Positions 35,252-45,132 of a DNA stretch of 64,000 nucleotides are shown here, piece after piece. How positions within the stretch are numbered: the first letter of the stretch is position 1; the number at the start of each line of letters is the position of its first letter. Source of the DNA: Clostridia bacterium (GTDB lineage Bacteria > Bacillota > Clostridia > Oscillospirales > Acutalibacteraceae); NCBI GenBank assembly GCA_017521125.1, contig JAFXDV010000002.1:25315-89314 (forward strand), in the 5' to 3' direction. Both the position numbers and the translations under genes were made by a program. The notes below the pieces were generated by a model. The model did no database searches. It worked only from the letters and a program-made list of their open reading frames with translations, and was not told the origin of the DNA.

Positions 35252-35983
35252 GTGAGTAACAAAAAAAACAGCGAAACCCTTTCTCAACGCCAAAAGGCAC
35301 AAAGAGATATTATTGAACTCAGCCTAATGAAAGAGGGTAAGATGGAAACAGGCCCTAAACCCAGTGAGATAGAAAAAAAGCCTGAGACCATAAATGAAAA
35401 AATCCAAAACTTTTTTTATCATAATAAGCTAAGGGTAGCTATAATAGCAGTAATTGTTTTTGCTCTTGGTATGGGGATATACAGTAGCATTACAAGGGTT
35501 CGTTATGATGCGAAGGTAGCGCTTTTCTGTTATGACGACACTATTGGCCTTTATGCTACTGCGATGGAAGAATATTTGGTTAAGTTTTATGATGATAAGA
35601 ATGGCGATGGCAAGGTTAAAATTACAGTCGTCAACTGTTCTTATGATAAAGATGATATGCGAACAAACAATGGAATTACTGCTATGGGCAAGCTTCAAAG
35701 CATATTGGGCGGCGAGGAAGACACTCTGCTTTATATTGTTTCTAAGGATACCATAGATTATCTCAACAGTATTTCTAAAAACCTGCCTTTTTTCACAGAG
35801 GAAAACATTCATAAGCTATCTGATGACTTCATAAATTCTGTGCAGCCTGAGGGACTGAAAAAGTTAGAAGGAGAATATTATATTGCTCTCAGAACTATTT
35901 CGGGCTCGGCCATTGAAAAAGAGGCGTCAGAATATTATTCTTTTGCAAAAACCACTTTTGAAAAAATAAAAGAGGCAAATTAA
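35252..35983 (+). CDS. Hypothetical membrane-anchored protein
   Basis: 243-aa ORF with a GTG start, a charged N-terminus, one TM helix (VAIIAVIVFALGMGIYSSI), and a roughly 160-aa extracytoplasmic domain. No family recognised. Alternative in-frame ATG starts exist at codons 26 and 31. Confidence 0.6.
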   Translation: MSNKKNSETLSQRQKAQRDIIELSLMKEGKMETGPKPSEIEKKPETINEKIQNFFYHNKLRVAIIAVIVFALGMGIYSSITRVRYDAKVALFCYDDTIGLYATAMEEYLVKFYDDKNGDGKVKITVVNCSYDKDDMRTNNGITAMGKLQSILGGEEDTLLYIVSKDTIDYLNSISKNLPFFTEENIHKLSDDFINSVQPEGLKKLEGEYYIALRTISGSAIEKEASEYYSFAKTTFEKIKEAN

Positions 35984-35998
35984 GGGGCTTATTTATAT

Positions 35999-36838
35999 AT
36001 GTATAAGATAGTAACAAAAAAACAACTTAATTCTACAGTTATAATGATGGAGATAGAGGCTCCCTTTGTAGCGAAAAAAGCAGAAGCGGGTCAATTTATA
36101 ATTCTTCGTGTAGACAAAGATTCGGAAAGAATTCCTTTGACCGTTGCAGGCTTTGACAGAGAAAAAGGTACAGTTAAAATTATTTTCCAGATAGTTGGCG
36201 CTACAACAAGACTTCTCAACGCTAAAAACGAGGGAGATTACATAGAAGACTTTGCAGGACCTTTAGGCAAGGCCACCGAGACCAAGGGGCTTAAAAAGGT
36301 TGCAGTTGTTGGCGGCGGAGTCGGTTGTGCAATTGCTTTGCCTGTTGCAGAAAAACTTGCAAGCGAAGGCTGCGAGGTTCATTCTATTATTGGCTTTAGA
36401 AATAAAGATTTAGTTATTTTAGAGGATGAATTTAAGGCCGCTTCTCAAAAGCTTATTGTAATGACCGATGATGGAAGCTACGGTAAGCAAGGTGTTGTAA
36501 CGGCCCCCTTAAAAGAGCTTATTGAGTCGGGAGAAAATTACGACGAGGTTATTGCTATAGGACCGCTTATTATGATGAAGTTTGTGGTTGCTACTACCAA
36601 GCCGTTAGGCGTAAAAACCACGGTTTCTATGAATCCCATTATGATTGATGGAACCGGAATGTGCGGCGGATGCCGCCTTACCGTTGGAGGAAAGGTTAAA
36701 TTCGCCTGTGTTGATGGTCCTGACTTTGATGGATTTGAGGTCGACTTCGATGAGGCTATGGCTCGAAGCAGTATGTACAAGCCTTTTGAACACAAACGAG
36801 ATGAAGAAGCTTGCAACTTATTTAAGGGGGTAAAGTAA
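35999..36838 (+). CDS. nfnA: NfnA-type sulfide/dihydroorotate dehydrogenase-like FAD/NAD-binding protein (ferredoxin-NADP+ reductase small subunit)
   Basis: 279 aa. FNR-like fold (GQFIILR, GGGVGCA) with a C-terminal 2Fe-2S cysteine cluster (GTGMCGGCR..FACVDGP). The stop overlaps the start of the GltD-like partner. Confidence 0.88.
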   Translation: MYKIVTKKQLNSTVIMMEIEAPFVAKKAEAGQFIILRVDKDSERIPLTVAGFDREKGTVKIIFQIVGATTRLLNAKNEGDYIEDFAGPLGKATETKGLKKVAVVGGGVGCAIALPVAEKLASEGCEVHSIIGFRNKDLVILEDEFKAASQKLIVMTDDGSYGKQGVVTAPLKELIESGENYDEVIAIGPLIMMKFVVATTKPLGVKTTVSMNPIMIDGTGMCGGCRLTVGGKVKFACVDGPDFDGFEVDFDEAMARSSMYKPFEHKRDEEACNLFKGVK

Positions 36839-38250
36839 TGGCTGATATGTCTTTAACTAAAAATCAAATGCCAACCCAAGACCCTAAGATACGTGCGAAA
36901 AATTTTGACGAGGTTGCATTAGGATACACCGAGGAAATAGCGTTAGCTGAAGCGGCAAGATGCCTAGATTGTAAAAATATGCCCTGTGTTACAGGTTGCC
37001 CTGTAAATATACATATCCCTGCCTTTATAAATAAGGTAAAACAAGGAGATTTTGAGGGAGCTTATGAGATTATCTCAGAGTCTTCTTCTCTTCCTGCGGT
37101 TTGTGGACGAGTTTGCCCTCAGGAGAGTCAGTGCGAGGCTAAGTGCATAAGGGGAATTAAAGGCGAGGCAGTAGGCATTGGCCGACTAGAACGCTTTGTT
37201 GCTGACTGGCATAATGAACACAACACCAAACCTGCCGTAAAACCTCAGTCAAACGGACATAAGGTTGCTGTTGTTGGCTCAGGCCCTGCCGGACTTACCT
37301 GTGCAGGAGATTTAGCAAAAAAAGGTTACGAGGTTACCGTTTTTGAGGCGCTGCACCTTGCCGGCGGAGTTTTGGTTTACGGAATTCCTGAATTCCGTCT
37401 CCCTAAGAAAATAGTTGAGAAAGAGGTTAATACCTTAAAAGAATTAGGTGTTAAAATCGAAACAAATATAATCATTGGAAAGACCTTGACTGTTGACGAG
37501 CTTTTCGATATGGGCTTTGAGTCGGTATTTATCGGCTCGGGCGCAGGTCTCCCAAGATTTATGGGAATTGAGGGAGAGTCTTTAAAAGGCGTTTATTCTG
37601 CCAACGAGTTTTTAACCCGAAGCAATCTTATGAAGGCATACAGAGAGGATTCTCAGACTCCTATAATGAGAGCCAAAAAGGTTGCGGTTGTCGGCGGCGG
37701 AAACGTGGCTATGGATGCCGCAAGAACGGCCCTTAGACTTGGAGCCGAAAAGGTTTATATCGTATACCGTCGTTCTCTTGCTGAGCTTCCTGCAAGAAAG
37801 GAAGAGGTCCATCATGCAATGGAGGAGGGAATAGAGTTCCTTCTTCTCAATAACCCTGTTAAAATTTTGGGCTACAATAATCCGGATAACCCAAGAGACG
37901 AGAAAAACGGCTTCGTAACAGGTATGGAATGTGTTAAAATGGAATTGGGAGAGCCTGACGAGTCGGGCAGAAGAAGTCCTGTGGAAATAAAGGACAGCAA
38001 TTACACACTTGACGTTGACTGTGTGATTATGTCTATAGGTACATCTCCAAACCCATTGATAAAAGATACCACCGATGGCTTAGAGGTAAATAAACGTGGA
38101 GGAATTGTGGTAGAGGAAGAAACCGGTCTTACTTCACGCAAGGGCGTTTTTGCAGGCGGAGATGCGGTAACAGGTGCTGCAACCGTTATTCTTGCCATGG
38201 GCGCAGGAAAAAATGCCGCTAAGGCTATTGATGAATATATAAGGGGTTAA
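36838..38250 (+). CDS. nfnB: NfnB-type NADPH-dependent glutamate synthase small-subunit-like protein (homotetrameric GltA/GltD family)
   Basis: N-terminal 2x[4Fe-4S] cysteines (CLDCKNMPC..GCP; CGRVCPQESQCEAKC), with dinucleotide folds VAVVGSGPAGL and VAVVGGGNVAMD. Confidence 0.9.
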   Translation: MADMSLTKNQMPTQDPKIRAKNFDEVALGYTEEIALAEAARCLDCKNMPCVTGCPVNIHIPAFINKVKQGDFEGAYEIISESSSLPAVCGRVCPQESQCEAKCIRGIKGEAVGIGRLERFVADWHNEHNTKPAVKPQSNGHKVAVVGSGPAGLTCAGDLAKKGYEVTVFEALHLAGGVLVYGIPEFRLPKKIVEKEVNTLKELGVKIETNIIIGKTLTVDELFDMGFESVFIGSGAGLPRFMGIEGESLKGVYSANEFLTRSNLMKAYREDSQTPIMRAKKVAVVGGGNVAMDAARTALRLGAEKVYIVYRRSLAELPARKEEVHHAMEEGIEFLLLNNPVKILGYNNPDNPRDEKNGFVTGMECVKMELGEPDESGRRSPVEIKDSNYTLDVDCVIMSIGTSPNPLIKDTTDGLEVNKRGGIVVEEETGLTSRKGVFAGGDAVTGAATVILAMGAGKNAAKAIDEYIRG

Positions 38251-38375
38251 TTGCTAATCCCTTATATATATTATAGGTAGGGAGTTTGCAAAATTTTACC
38301 CGACACAAGATTTAGGGGTAAAAACACCTTAAAACACCTTATTTAGATTCTACAAAAATTTTTATAAAAATTTGT

Positions 38376-38405
38376 AAAAAAACACTTGCATTGCAGGTGT
38401 TTTTA
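38376..38405. terminator. Terminator-like hairpin after nfnB, overlapping the -35 of the S10 promoter
   Basis: AAAAAA-ACACTTGC-ATT-GCAGGTGT-TTTTA. The stem is 8 bp including one G-U pair, flanked by an A-run and a T-run. Confidence 0.55.
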
Positions 38406-38414
38406 TGTTATTAT
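38386..38414 (+). promoter_or_regulatory. Candidate promoter of the S10 ribosomal operon
   Basis: TTGCAT (38386-38391), a 17-nt spacer, then an extended -10 TGtTATTAT (38406-38414). Confidence 0.45.
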
Positions 38415-38420
38415 ACCAAG

Positions 38421-38716
38421 GTACGCTATGTAAGTATGCGTAAAAGTATGCTTTTTTGGCGTTGATATGCGTTGATGCGGGAGGTGGCCGACCTTTGAGT
38501 CGGGAAATTTCCGCGGAGTATGTCCGATTTTAAACCGGGCGACAAGACTTAGAGCATAATAAGGCATCTTGCGAGCCGAATTATGCACGGTAACAACTGT
38601 GTTACTGTACCCGGAATGACTGCAACCCCAGCCATCCGGTTTTATAATGTGCCTCAAAGAAACACACGGCACAGTGTAAGTTTTGCCCGCAAATCCAACA
38701 AGGAGGAGCAAAGAAA
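38421..38716 (+). promoter_or_regulatory. Long structured 5' leader of rpsJ (about 295 nt), unassigned
   Basis: Four clear hairpins: 38554-38560 with 38580-38586; 38590-38605; 38611-38615 with 38635-38639; 38648-38653 with 38668-38673. No credible ORF is present; the only listed one is antisense and has no SD. Confidence 0.35.
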
Positions 38717-39028
38717 ATGGCAGTAAAGGAAAAAATCAGAATTCGCGTTAAGGGCTACGATCATGCTCTTGTAGATCAGGCAGCAGAAAAGATTGTAGAT
38801 ACTGCGAAGCGTACAGGTGCCCGTGTATCAGGCCCAGTTCCACTACCCACAGAGAAGGAAGTTGTTACTATCCTTCGTGCTGTTCATAAATATAAGGACA
38901 GCCGTGAGCAGTTTGAAACCCGTACACACAAAAGGCTTATCGATGTGCTTAGACCTTCCAACAAAACTGTTGAGGCTCTAACAAATCTTGAGCTTCCCGC
39001 CGGCGTTGATATTGAAATTAAGCTTTAA
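38717..39028 (+). CDS. rpsJ: 30S ribosomal protein S10
   Basis: Clear S10 sequence ([29 protein letters not shown]). SD AAGGAGGAG. First gene of the S10 operon. Confidence 0.98.
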   Translation: MAVKEKIRIRVKGYDHALVDQAAEKIVDTAKRTGARVSGPVPLPTEKEVVTILRAVHKYKDSREQFETRTHKRLIDVLRPSNKTVEALTNLELPAGVDIEIKL

Positions 39029-39093
39029 TTTTAATTAAGCGTACAGGCAGGTCATGTTGGAGAAATCCAACCAATAACCAAGGAGGAATAGAA

Positions 39094-39723
39094 ATGAAGA
39101 AAGGCTTAATCGGAAAAAAGCTTGGCATGACCCAGCTTTTTGACGCAAACGGAACCGTTGTTCCCGTTACTGTAATTGAAGCAGGCCCATGTGTTGTTGC
39201 TCAGAAGAAGACAGTAGAAAACGACGGATATGAAGCAGTACAAATCGGCTTCGGCGATTTAAAGGCTTCTAAGGTAAACGGACCTATGAAAGGTCACTTT
39301 GCTAAAAACGACATCGCTCCTAAGAAGGTTCTTCGTGAGTTTCGTCTTGATGACATCGCTGCTGTTAACGTTGGCGACGTTTTAAAGGCTGACATCTTCG
39401 CAGAAGGCGAGAGCATTGATGTTCGCGGAACAAGCAAAGGTAAAGGCTATGCCGGCGTAATCAAGCGTTGGAACTTCAGCCGTCTTAAAGAATCACATGG
39501 TACAGGTCCTGTACATCGTCATGGCGGTTCTTTAGGTGTTATCGACCCAGCCAGAGTATTTAAAGGAAAGAAAATGGCAGGTCACTTAGGAAATGAGCGT
39601 GTAACCGTTCAGAACCTAAAGGTAGTTAAAATCGATGCAGAAAACAACATCATCGCTGTTAAGGGCGCAGTTCCTGGTCCTAAGGGCGGAATCGTTGTTC
39701 TTACTGACAGCGTAAAAGCTTAA
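39094..39723 (+). CDS. rplC: 50S ribosomal protein L3
   Basis: [12 protein letters not shown]-terminus; conserved operon position. Confidence 0.98.
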   Translation: MKKGLIGKKLGMTQLFDANGTVVPVTVIEAGPCVVAQKKTVENDGYEAVQIGFGDLKASKVNGPMKGHFAKNDIAPKKVLREFRLDDIAAVNVGDVLKADIFAEGESIDVRGTSKGKGYAGVIKRWNFSRLKESHGTGPVHRHGGSLGVIDPARVFKGKKMAGHLGNERVTVQNLKVVKIDAENNIIAVKGAVPGPKGGIVVLTDSVKA

Positions 39724-39739
39724 GGAAGGAGTGTTCTAA

Positions 39740-40363
39740 ATGGCTAAAGTTGCAGTAGTTGATATGGCAGGTAAAAATGTTGGAGAAATCACATTAAACG
39801 ATGCTATATTCGGAATTGAGCCAAATGCAGCAGTTATGCATGAGGCAGTTGTAAATTACCTTGCGAACCAGCGTCAGGGCACCCAGTCCACTTTAACCCG
39901 TACCGAAGTTTCCGGCGGCGGTAAAAAGCCTTGGAGACAAAAGGGAACAGGTCACGCTCGTCAGGGTTCTACAAGAGCTCCTCAGTGGAGACATGGTGGC
40001 GTAGTACACGCACCAAAGCCAAGAGATTACTCTTATGTAATCAACAAGAAAGAACGCAGAATTGCTCTTAAGTCTGCTCTTTCTGATAAGGTATTAAGCG
40101 GATCACTTATCGTTTTAGATGCTATGAAGGTTGATTCTTACAGCACTAAGACAGTAGTAAATTGCCTCAAGGCAATCGGCGCTGCTAAAAAGACCCTTAT
40201 TGTTCTTGAGGACAATAACTCTTTCGCAGTTAAGAGTGCTGCAAACATCGAGGGTGTTAAGACCGCTCAGTACAACACAATCAATACCTATGACATTCTC
40301 AATGCGGATTCACTTGTAATCGTTAAGAATGCGGTAGCAAAAATTGAGGAGGTGTATGCATAA
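39740..40363 (+). CDS. rplD: 50S ribosomal protein L4
   Basis: Motif SGGGKKPWRQKGTGHARQGS; conserved operon position. Confidence 0.98.
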   Translation: MAKVAVVDMAGKNVGEITLNDAIFGIEPNAAVMHEAVVNYLANQRQGTQSTLTRTEVSGGGKKPWRQKGTGHARQGSTRAPQWRHGGVVHAPKPRDYSYVINKKERRIALKSALSDKVLSGSLIVLDAMKVDSYSTKTVVNCLKAIGAAKKTLIVLEDNNSFAVKSAANIEGVKTAQYNTINTYDILNADSLVIVKNAVAKIEEVYA

Positions 40364-40659
40364 TGAAAATCGCACAGGATATCATTATCGCTCCGGTTAT
40401 TACCGAGAAGAGCATGTCCGGCATTGCCGACAAGAAGTACACCTTTAAGGTTGCAAAAGACGCTGGCAAGATTGAAATTGCCAAAGCAGTAGAGGAAGCT
40501 TTCAATGGCGTTAAGGTTGATAAGGTAAACGTTATCAACGTTAGAGGCCACGAGAAGAGAACAGGCCGCTACACAGGTTACACTGCAAGCTGGAAAAAGG
40601 CTATCGTAACCCTTAAGAAAGATTCTAAGCCCATCGAGTTCTTTGATGGTTTAATCTAA
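40363..40659 (+). CDS. rplW: 50S ribosomal protein L23
   Basis: Motif ITEKS...YTFKV; start overlaps the rplD stop. Confidence 0.97.
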   Translation: MKIAQDIIIAPVITEKSMSGIADKKYTFKVAKDAGKIEIAKAVEEAFNGVKVDKVNVINVRGHEKRTGRYTGYTASWKKAIVTLKKDSKPIEFFDGLI

Positions 40660-40752
40660 CCGCAAATTTTAGTGAAATCAAAAAATGATTGATTTCGGTG
40701 ATGTATGAAGTCGGTTGACTTCGCTAAGCCAAAATAGGAGAGTGAAATTAAA

Positions 40753-41583
40753 ATGGCAATTAAACATTATAAGCCAACTACTCCGGGCCGCCGTAATATG
40801 ACAACTATGGATTACTCCGAGTTATCTAAGGTTGCTCCTGAGAGAAGTTTGCTTGAGCCTTTAAAAAACCACGCTGGTCGTAACAGCTATGGTAGAATCA
40901 CCGTTCGCCACAGAGGCGGCGGAAATCGCAGAAAGTACAGAGTTATCGATTTCAAGAGAACACGCTTCGGTATCCCCGCAGTAGTTAAAACTCTTGAGTA
41001 CGATCCAAACCGTTCTGCATTTATCGCACTTATTGAGTACGAAGATGGAGTTAAGAGCTACATCATCGCTCCTATCGGTCTTTCGGTAGGCGATACAGTA
41101 GTTAGCGGTCCTGACGCTGACATTAAGCCAGGTAACGCACTTCCTCTTACTAACATTCCAGTTGGTACAGTTGTTCATAACGTTGAGCTTTATCCAGGAA
41201 AGGGCGCACAGCTTGCTCGTTCTGCAGGTAGTATGGCTCAGCTTATGGCTAAGGAAAACGGCATGGCATTATTCCGTTTACCTTCCGGAGAGCTTCGTAA
41301 CGTTCCTGAAAACTGTATGGCAACCGTAGGTCAGGTAAGCAATCCTGAGCACAGCAACATCAACTACGGTAAAGCAGGTCGTAAGCGCCATATGGGCTGG
41401 AGACCTACAGTTCGTGGTTCTGTAATGAACCCCAATGACCACCCACACGGTGGTGGTGAAGGTAAGTCACCAATCGGTCGTCCAGGTCCTGTTACCCCAT
41501 GGGGCAAACCTGCACTTGGATATAAGACACGTGATAAGCGCAAACAGTCTAACAAGTATATTGTTAAGCGCCGTGACAAATAG
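40753..41583 (+). CDS. rplB: 50S ribosomal protein L2
   Basis: Motifs [14 protein letters not shown] and [13 protein letters not shown]. Confidence 0.98.
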   Translation: MAIKHYKPTTPGRRNMTTMDYSELSKVAPERSLLEPLKNHAGRNSYGRITVRHRGGGNRRKYRVIDFKRTRFGIPAVVKTLEYDPNRSAFIALIEYEDGVKSYIIAPIGLSVGDTVVSGPDADIKPGNALPLTNIPVGTVVHNVELYPGKGAQLARSAGSMAQLMAKENGMALFRLPSGELRNVPENCMATVGQVSNPEHSNINYGKAGRKRHMGWRPTVRGSVMNPNDHPHGGGEGKSPIGRPGPVTPWGKPALGYKTRDKRKQSNKYIVKRRDK

Positions 41584-41605
41584 TCAGACGAAAGGAGATT
41601 GAATA

Positions 41606-41881
41606 ATGGGAAGAAGCATTAAAAAAGGACCTTACGTACAACCTGTACTCATTAAAAGGGTCAGAGAAATGAATGCTGCCGGTGAGAAGAGAGTTCTCAA
41701 AACCTGGAGCCGTTCATCTACTATATTCCCCGATTTCGTCGGACATACATTTGCCGTTCACGATGGACGCAAGCATGTTCCGGTATATGTTACTGAGGAT
41801 ATGGTAGGACACAAGCTTGGTGAATTTGCACCAACAAGAACATTCAAGGGCCACGCTGGTTCTAAAACTACTAAGAAATAA
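41606..41881 (+). CDS. rpsS: 30S ribosomal protein S19
   Basis: Motifs [10 protein letters not shown] and [23 protein letters not shown]. Confidence 0.98.
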   Translation: MGRSIKKGPYVQPVLIKRVREMNAAGEKRVLKTWSRSSTIFPDFVGHTFAVHDGRKHVPVYVTEDMVGHKLGEFAPTRTFKGHAGSKTTKK

Positions 41882-41904
41882 GCGGCGAAAGGAGAGTTTA
41901 AACA

Positions 41905-42243
41905 ATGGAATCAAGAGCAACACTTAAATACGCTCGCATTTCGCCTCGTAAGGTTAAGATTGTTATGGATTTAATCCGTAACCAGGATGCCGATAAGGCG
42001 ATGGCTATTCTAAAGTTTACACCCAAAGCCGCGTGTGAACTTTTAGAGAAACTTTTAGCATCTGCTATTGCTAATGCTGAAAATAATCACAATATGGACG
42101 TTTCAAAGCTTTATGTTGCTGAGTGCTTTGCTTGTCCCGGACCAATCCTCAAGAGAATTCGTCCAAAGGACCACGGCCGTGCACACCGCATCTTAAAGAG
42201 AACAAGCCATATGACAATCGTTCTTAAAGAACGCGAAGACTAA
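41905..42243 (+). CDS. rplV: 50S ribosomal protein L22
   Basis: Motif [16 protein letters not shown]; conserved operon position. Confidence 0.97.
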   Translation: MESRATLKYARISPRKVKIVMDLIRNQDADKAMAILKFTPKAACELLEKLLASAIANAENNHNMDVSKLYVAECFACPGPILKRIRPKDHGRAHRILKRTSHMTIVLKERED

Positions 42244-42259
42244 GAAGGAGGTTAAAGTT

Positions 42260-42925
42260 ATGGGCCAGAAAGTAAATCCTCATGGATTCCGTGTTGGAGT
42301 CATTAAAAATTGGGATTCCCGTTGGTTCGCCAAAGACGAAGTTTTCGGAGATACTTTGGTTGAGGACTACAACCTCCGCAAATATCTCAAAAACAAACTT
42401 GCTTCTGCAGGTGTACCAAAGATTGAAATCGAGCGTACCGCACAGAGAGTTCGTTTACACATTCACTGCGCAAAGCCAGGCGTTGTAATCGGCGCTAAGG
42501 GTGCAGAGATTGAGAAACTTCGTTTAGAGTGTCAGGAAAAACTCGGCAAGCCTGTTGTTATCAACATTGTTGAGATTAAGAACCCTGACTTAAACGCTAC
42601 TCTTATTGCTGAAAACATTGCAGGTCAGCTTGAGAAGCGTGTATCTTTCCGTCGTGCTATGAAGCTTTGCATTGGTAGAGCTATGCGCAGCGGTGCAAAA
42701 GGAATTAAGGTTATGGTTTCAGGTCGTCTCGGCGGCGCTGAAATCGCAAGAAGTGAGCAGTATCATGAAGGCACTATCCCTCTACAGACCATCCGTGCAG
42801 ACATCGACTACGGTTTTGCTGAGGCAGACACCACATACGGTCGTATCGGCGTAAAGGTTTGGCTTTACAAGGGTGAGGTTCTTCACGACTCTCGCAAGGC
42901 TAAGAGAGAAGGAGGCAACCGCTAA
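42260..42925 (+). CDS. rpsC: 30S ribosomal protein S3
   Basis: [12 protein letters not shown]-terminus and a KH domain. Confidence 0.98.
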   Translation: MGQKVNPHGFRVGVIKNWDSRWFAKDEVFGDTLVEDYNLRKYLKNKLASAGVPKIEIERTAQRVRLHIHCAKPGVVIGAKGAEIEKLRLECQEKLGKPVVINIVEIKNPDLNATLIAENIAGQLEKRVSFRRAMKLCIGRAMRSGAKGIKVMVSGRLGGAEIARSEQYHEGTIPLQTIRADIDYGFAEADTTYGRIGVKVWLYKGEVLHDSRKAKREGGNR

Positions 42926-43350
42926 TGTTATTACCAAAGCGTGTTAAATACCGCCGTGTTCATCGCGGTCGTCTAACCGGTACCGCAACTCGCGGTAACA
43001 CCGTAACCTACGGTGATTTCGGTCTTCAGGCTCTTGAGCCTGCATGGATTACTTCAAATCAAATCGAAGCAGCCCGTATTGCTATGACTCGTTATATCAA
43101 GCGTGGCGGTAAGGTTTGGATTAAAATATTCCCTGATAAGCCAATCACAGCTAAGCCAGCTGAGACTCGAATGGGTTCCGGTAAAGGTTCACCTGAATAT
43201 TGGGTAGCAGTTGTAAAGCCAGGCCGTGTAATGTTTGAAATCGGCGGAGTAAGTGAAGAACTTGCAAGAGAAGCTATGCGTCTCGCAGCTAACAAGCTTC
43301 CTATCAAATGTAAGTTCATAACAAAGCAGGAAATGGGTGGTGAGCAGTAA
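42925..43350 (+). CDS. rplP: 50S ribosomal protein L16
   Basis: [17 protein letters not shown]-terminus; start overlaps the rpsC stop. Confidence 0.98.
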   Translation: MLLPKRVKYRRVHRGRLTGTATRGNTVTYGDFGLQALEPAWITSNQIEAARIAMTRYIKRGGKVWIKIFPDKPITAKPAETRMGSGKGSPEYWVAVVKPGRVMFEIGGVSEELAREAMRLAANKLPIKCKFITKQEMGGEQ

Positions 43351-43556
43351 TGAATGCAAAGGAAATCAGAACAAACACTTTACCTGAACTTCAGAAAAAG
43401 CTGGTTGACCTTAAGGAAGAATTATTCCATCTTCGTTTCCAGCATACAATTAACCAGCTCGACAATCCCATGCGAATAGTTGCTGTCAAGAAGGACATCG
43501 CTCGTGTACAGACCGTTATCCGTGAGCTTGAGTCTGCAGACAGCCAGAACGCGTAG
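43350..43556 (+). CDS. rpmC: 50S ribosomal protein L29
   Basis: Motif ELFHLRFQ; 68 aa; conserved operon position. Confidence 0.96.
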   Translation: MNAKEIRTNTLPELQKKLVDLKEELFHLRFQHTINQLDNPMRIVAVKKDIARVQTVIRELESADSQNA

Positions 43557-43575
43557 GAAGAGGAGGTAAAGCCAA

Positions 43576-43833
43576 ATGGAAAGAAACCTTCGTAAGACAA
43601 GAACAGGTGTTGTTGTAAGTGACAAAATGGACAAGACCGTTGTAGTTGCTATTAAAGACAACGTTAAGCACCCGCTCTACAAGAAGATAATCAAAAACAC
43701 CGTTAAAATGAAAGCACACGATGAGGAGAACGCCTGTGGTGTAGGCGCGGACCGTGTTCTCATCATGGAAACACGCCCAATGTCTAAAGACAAGAGATGG
43801 CGTGTGGTTGAAATCATCGAAAAGGCTAAATAG
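43576..43833 (+). CDS. rpsQ: 30S ribosomal protein S17
   Basis: Motifs [14 protein letters not shown] and HDEEN. Confidence 0.97.
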   Translation: MERNLRKTRTGVVVSDKMDKTVVVAIKDNVKHPLYKKIIKNTVKMKAHDEENACGVGADRVLIMETRPMSKDKRWRVVEIIEKAK

Positions 43834-43856
43834 TCTTTGATAAGGAGGAAAACACT

Positions 43857-44225
43857 GTGATACAGCAGCAGAGTTACCTCAAGGTAGCCGACAACACCGG
43901 TGCAAAAGAACTTATGTGCATCCGTGTTCTTGGAGGCTCCGGAAGGAGGTATGCCAACATTGGCGACGTAGTCGTTGCTTCTGTTAAAAAGGCCGCTCCA
44001 GGCGGTACTGTTAAGAAGGGCGATGTAGTAAAGGCCGTAGTCGTTCGCTCGGTTAGAGGTCTTCGCCGTAATGATGGCACATATATCAGATTTGATGAGA
44101 ACGCAGCAGTTATTATTCGTGACGATAAGAGCCCAAGAGGCACTCGTATCTTTGGACCAGTTGCACGTGAGTTACGTGACGAGGATTATATGAAGATTCT
44201 CTCACTTGCTCCAGAAGTGCTTTAA
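43857..44225 (+). CDS. rplN: 50S ribosomal protein L14
   Basis: [18 protein letters not shown]-terminus with a GTG start. Confidence 0.98.
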   Translation: MIQQQSYLKVADNTGAKELMCIRVLGGSGRRYANIGDVVVASVKKAAPGGTVKKGDVVKAVVVRSVRGLRRNDGTYIRFDENAAVIIRDDKSPRGTRIFGPVARELRDEDYMKILSLAPEVL

Positions 44226-44238
44226 GGAGGTGCCGAGA

Positions 44239-44562
44239 ATGAATAATCTCTTCGTTAAAACAGGTGATACTGTAATGCTTTTAACAGGCGATGAGCAGTA
44301 TCGTGGAAAGACCGGCAAGGTTCTTGCCGTAAGTCCAAAGGAAGGAAAGGTTATTGTTGAAGGCCTCAACGTTGTTAAGAAGCACGTTAAGCCTCGCAAG
44401 GCCGGCGACCCTTCAGGAATTATTGAAACTGAAAGTGCGATTTACGCATCAAAGGTTATGGTAGTTTGCCCTAAGTGTGGCAAGCCCACCAGAGTTGCTC
44501 ATAAGGTTTATGAGGACGGCAAAAAAGACCGCATGTGCAAAAAATGCGGAGAAACCTTTTAG
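44239..44562 (+). CDS. rplX: 50S ribosomal protein L24 (with a C-terminal CxxC...CxxC motif)
   Basis: KOW motif (GDTVMLLTGDEQYRGKTGKV). The ATG at 44239 lies 8 nt after AAGGAGG; the listed upstream start overlaps rplN. Confidence 0.96.
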   Translation: MNNLFVKTGDTVMLLTGDEQYRGKTGKVLAVSPKEGKVIVEGLNVVKKHVKPRKAGDPSGIIETESAIYASKVMVVCPKCGKPTRVAHKVYEDGKKDRMCKKCGETF

Positions 44563-44580
44563 AGTTAGGAGGAATATCAC

Positions 44581-45120
44581 ATGGCAAGATTATATGATGA
44601 ATACAAAAATTCAATAGCTCCTGCACTGATGAACAAGTTCGGTTACAAGACCGTCATGCAGATTCCGAAACTCGACAAGGTTGTTATCAATGTAGGCTGC
44701 GGCGAAGCTAAGGATAATTCCAAGGTTATCGACGCTATCATGAATGATTTAGCTATTATCACCGGTCAAAAGGCAGTTCCTTGTAAGGCTAAAAAGTCTG
44801 TTGCGAACTTCAAACTTCGTGAAGGTATGCCTATCGGTGTAAAGGTTACTCTCAGAGGCGCTAGAATGTACGAGTTTATCGACCGTTTATTCAATGCAGC
44901 TCTCCCAAGAGTAAGAGACTTCAGAGGAATTAACCCCAACTCTTTCGACGGACGCGGCAACTATGCTATGGGCGTTAAAGAGCAGCTTATTTTCCCTGAA
45001 ATTGAGTACGATAAAATTGACAAGGTTCGTGGTATGGATATTATGTTCGTTACCACAGCCAAGACCGACGAGGAAGCTCGTGAGTTGTTAACTCTCATGG
45101 GTGCTCCGTTTGCAAGATAA
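44581..45120 (+). CDS. rplE: 50S ribosomal protein L5
   Basis: Motifs LYDEYKN and [10 protein letters not shown]. Confidence 0.98.
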   Translation: MARLYDEYKNSIAPALMNKFGYKTVMQIPKLDKVVINVGCGEAKDNSKVIDAIMNDLAIITGQKAVPCKAKKSVANFKLREGMPIGVKVTLRGARMYEFIDRLFNAALPRVRDFRGINPNSFDGRGNYAMGVKEQLIFPEIEYDKIDKVRGMDIMFVTTAKTDEEARELLTLMGAPFAR

Positions 45121-45132
45121 GGAGAAGGTATT

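Noticed and set aside
38403-38711. Listed 102-aa minus-strand ORF spanning the region upstream of rpsJ.
   Set aside because: - It is antisense to the S10 leader.
- It has no SD and no promoter context.
- Its composition is odd (His/Thr/Pro-rich with no recognisable family).
- It is more likely a chance ORF in a structured RNA leader.
40660-40752. Hairpin-containing spacers inside the ribosomal superoperon: rplW-rplB at 40660-40752, rpmD-rplO at 47403-47486, and rpsD-rpoA at 52704-52788.
   Set aside because: They form clear stem-loops (for example GAAATCAA/TTGATTTC, CACCCTGA/TCAGGGTG, CCCTAAT/ATTAGGG). However, such processing or stability hairpins are common between r-protein genes, and nothing suggests a separate element.
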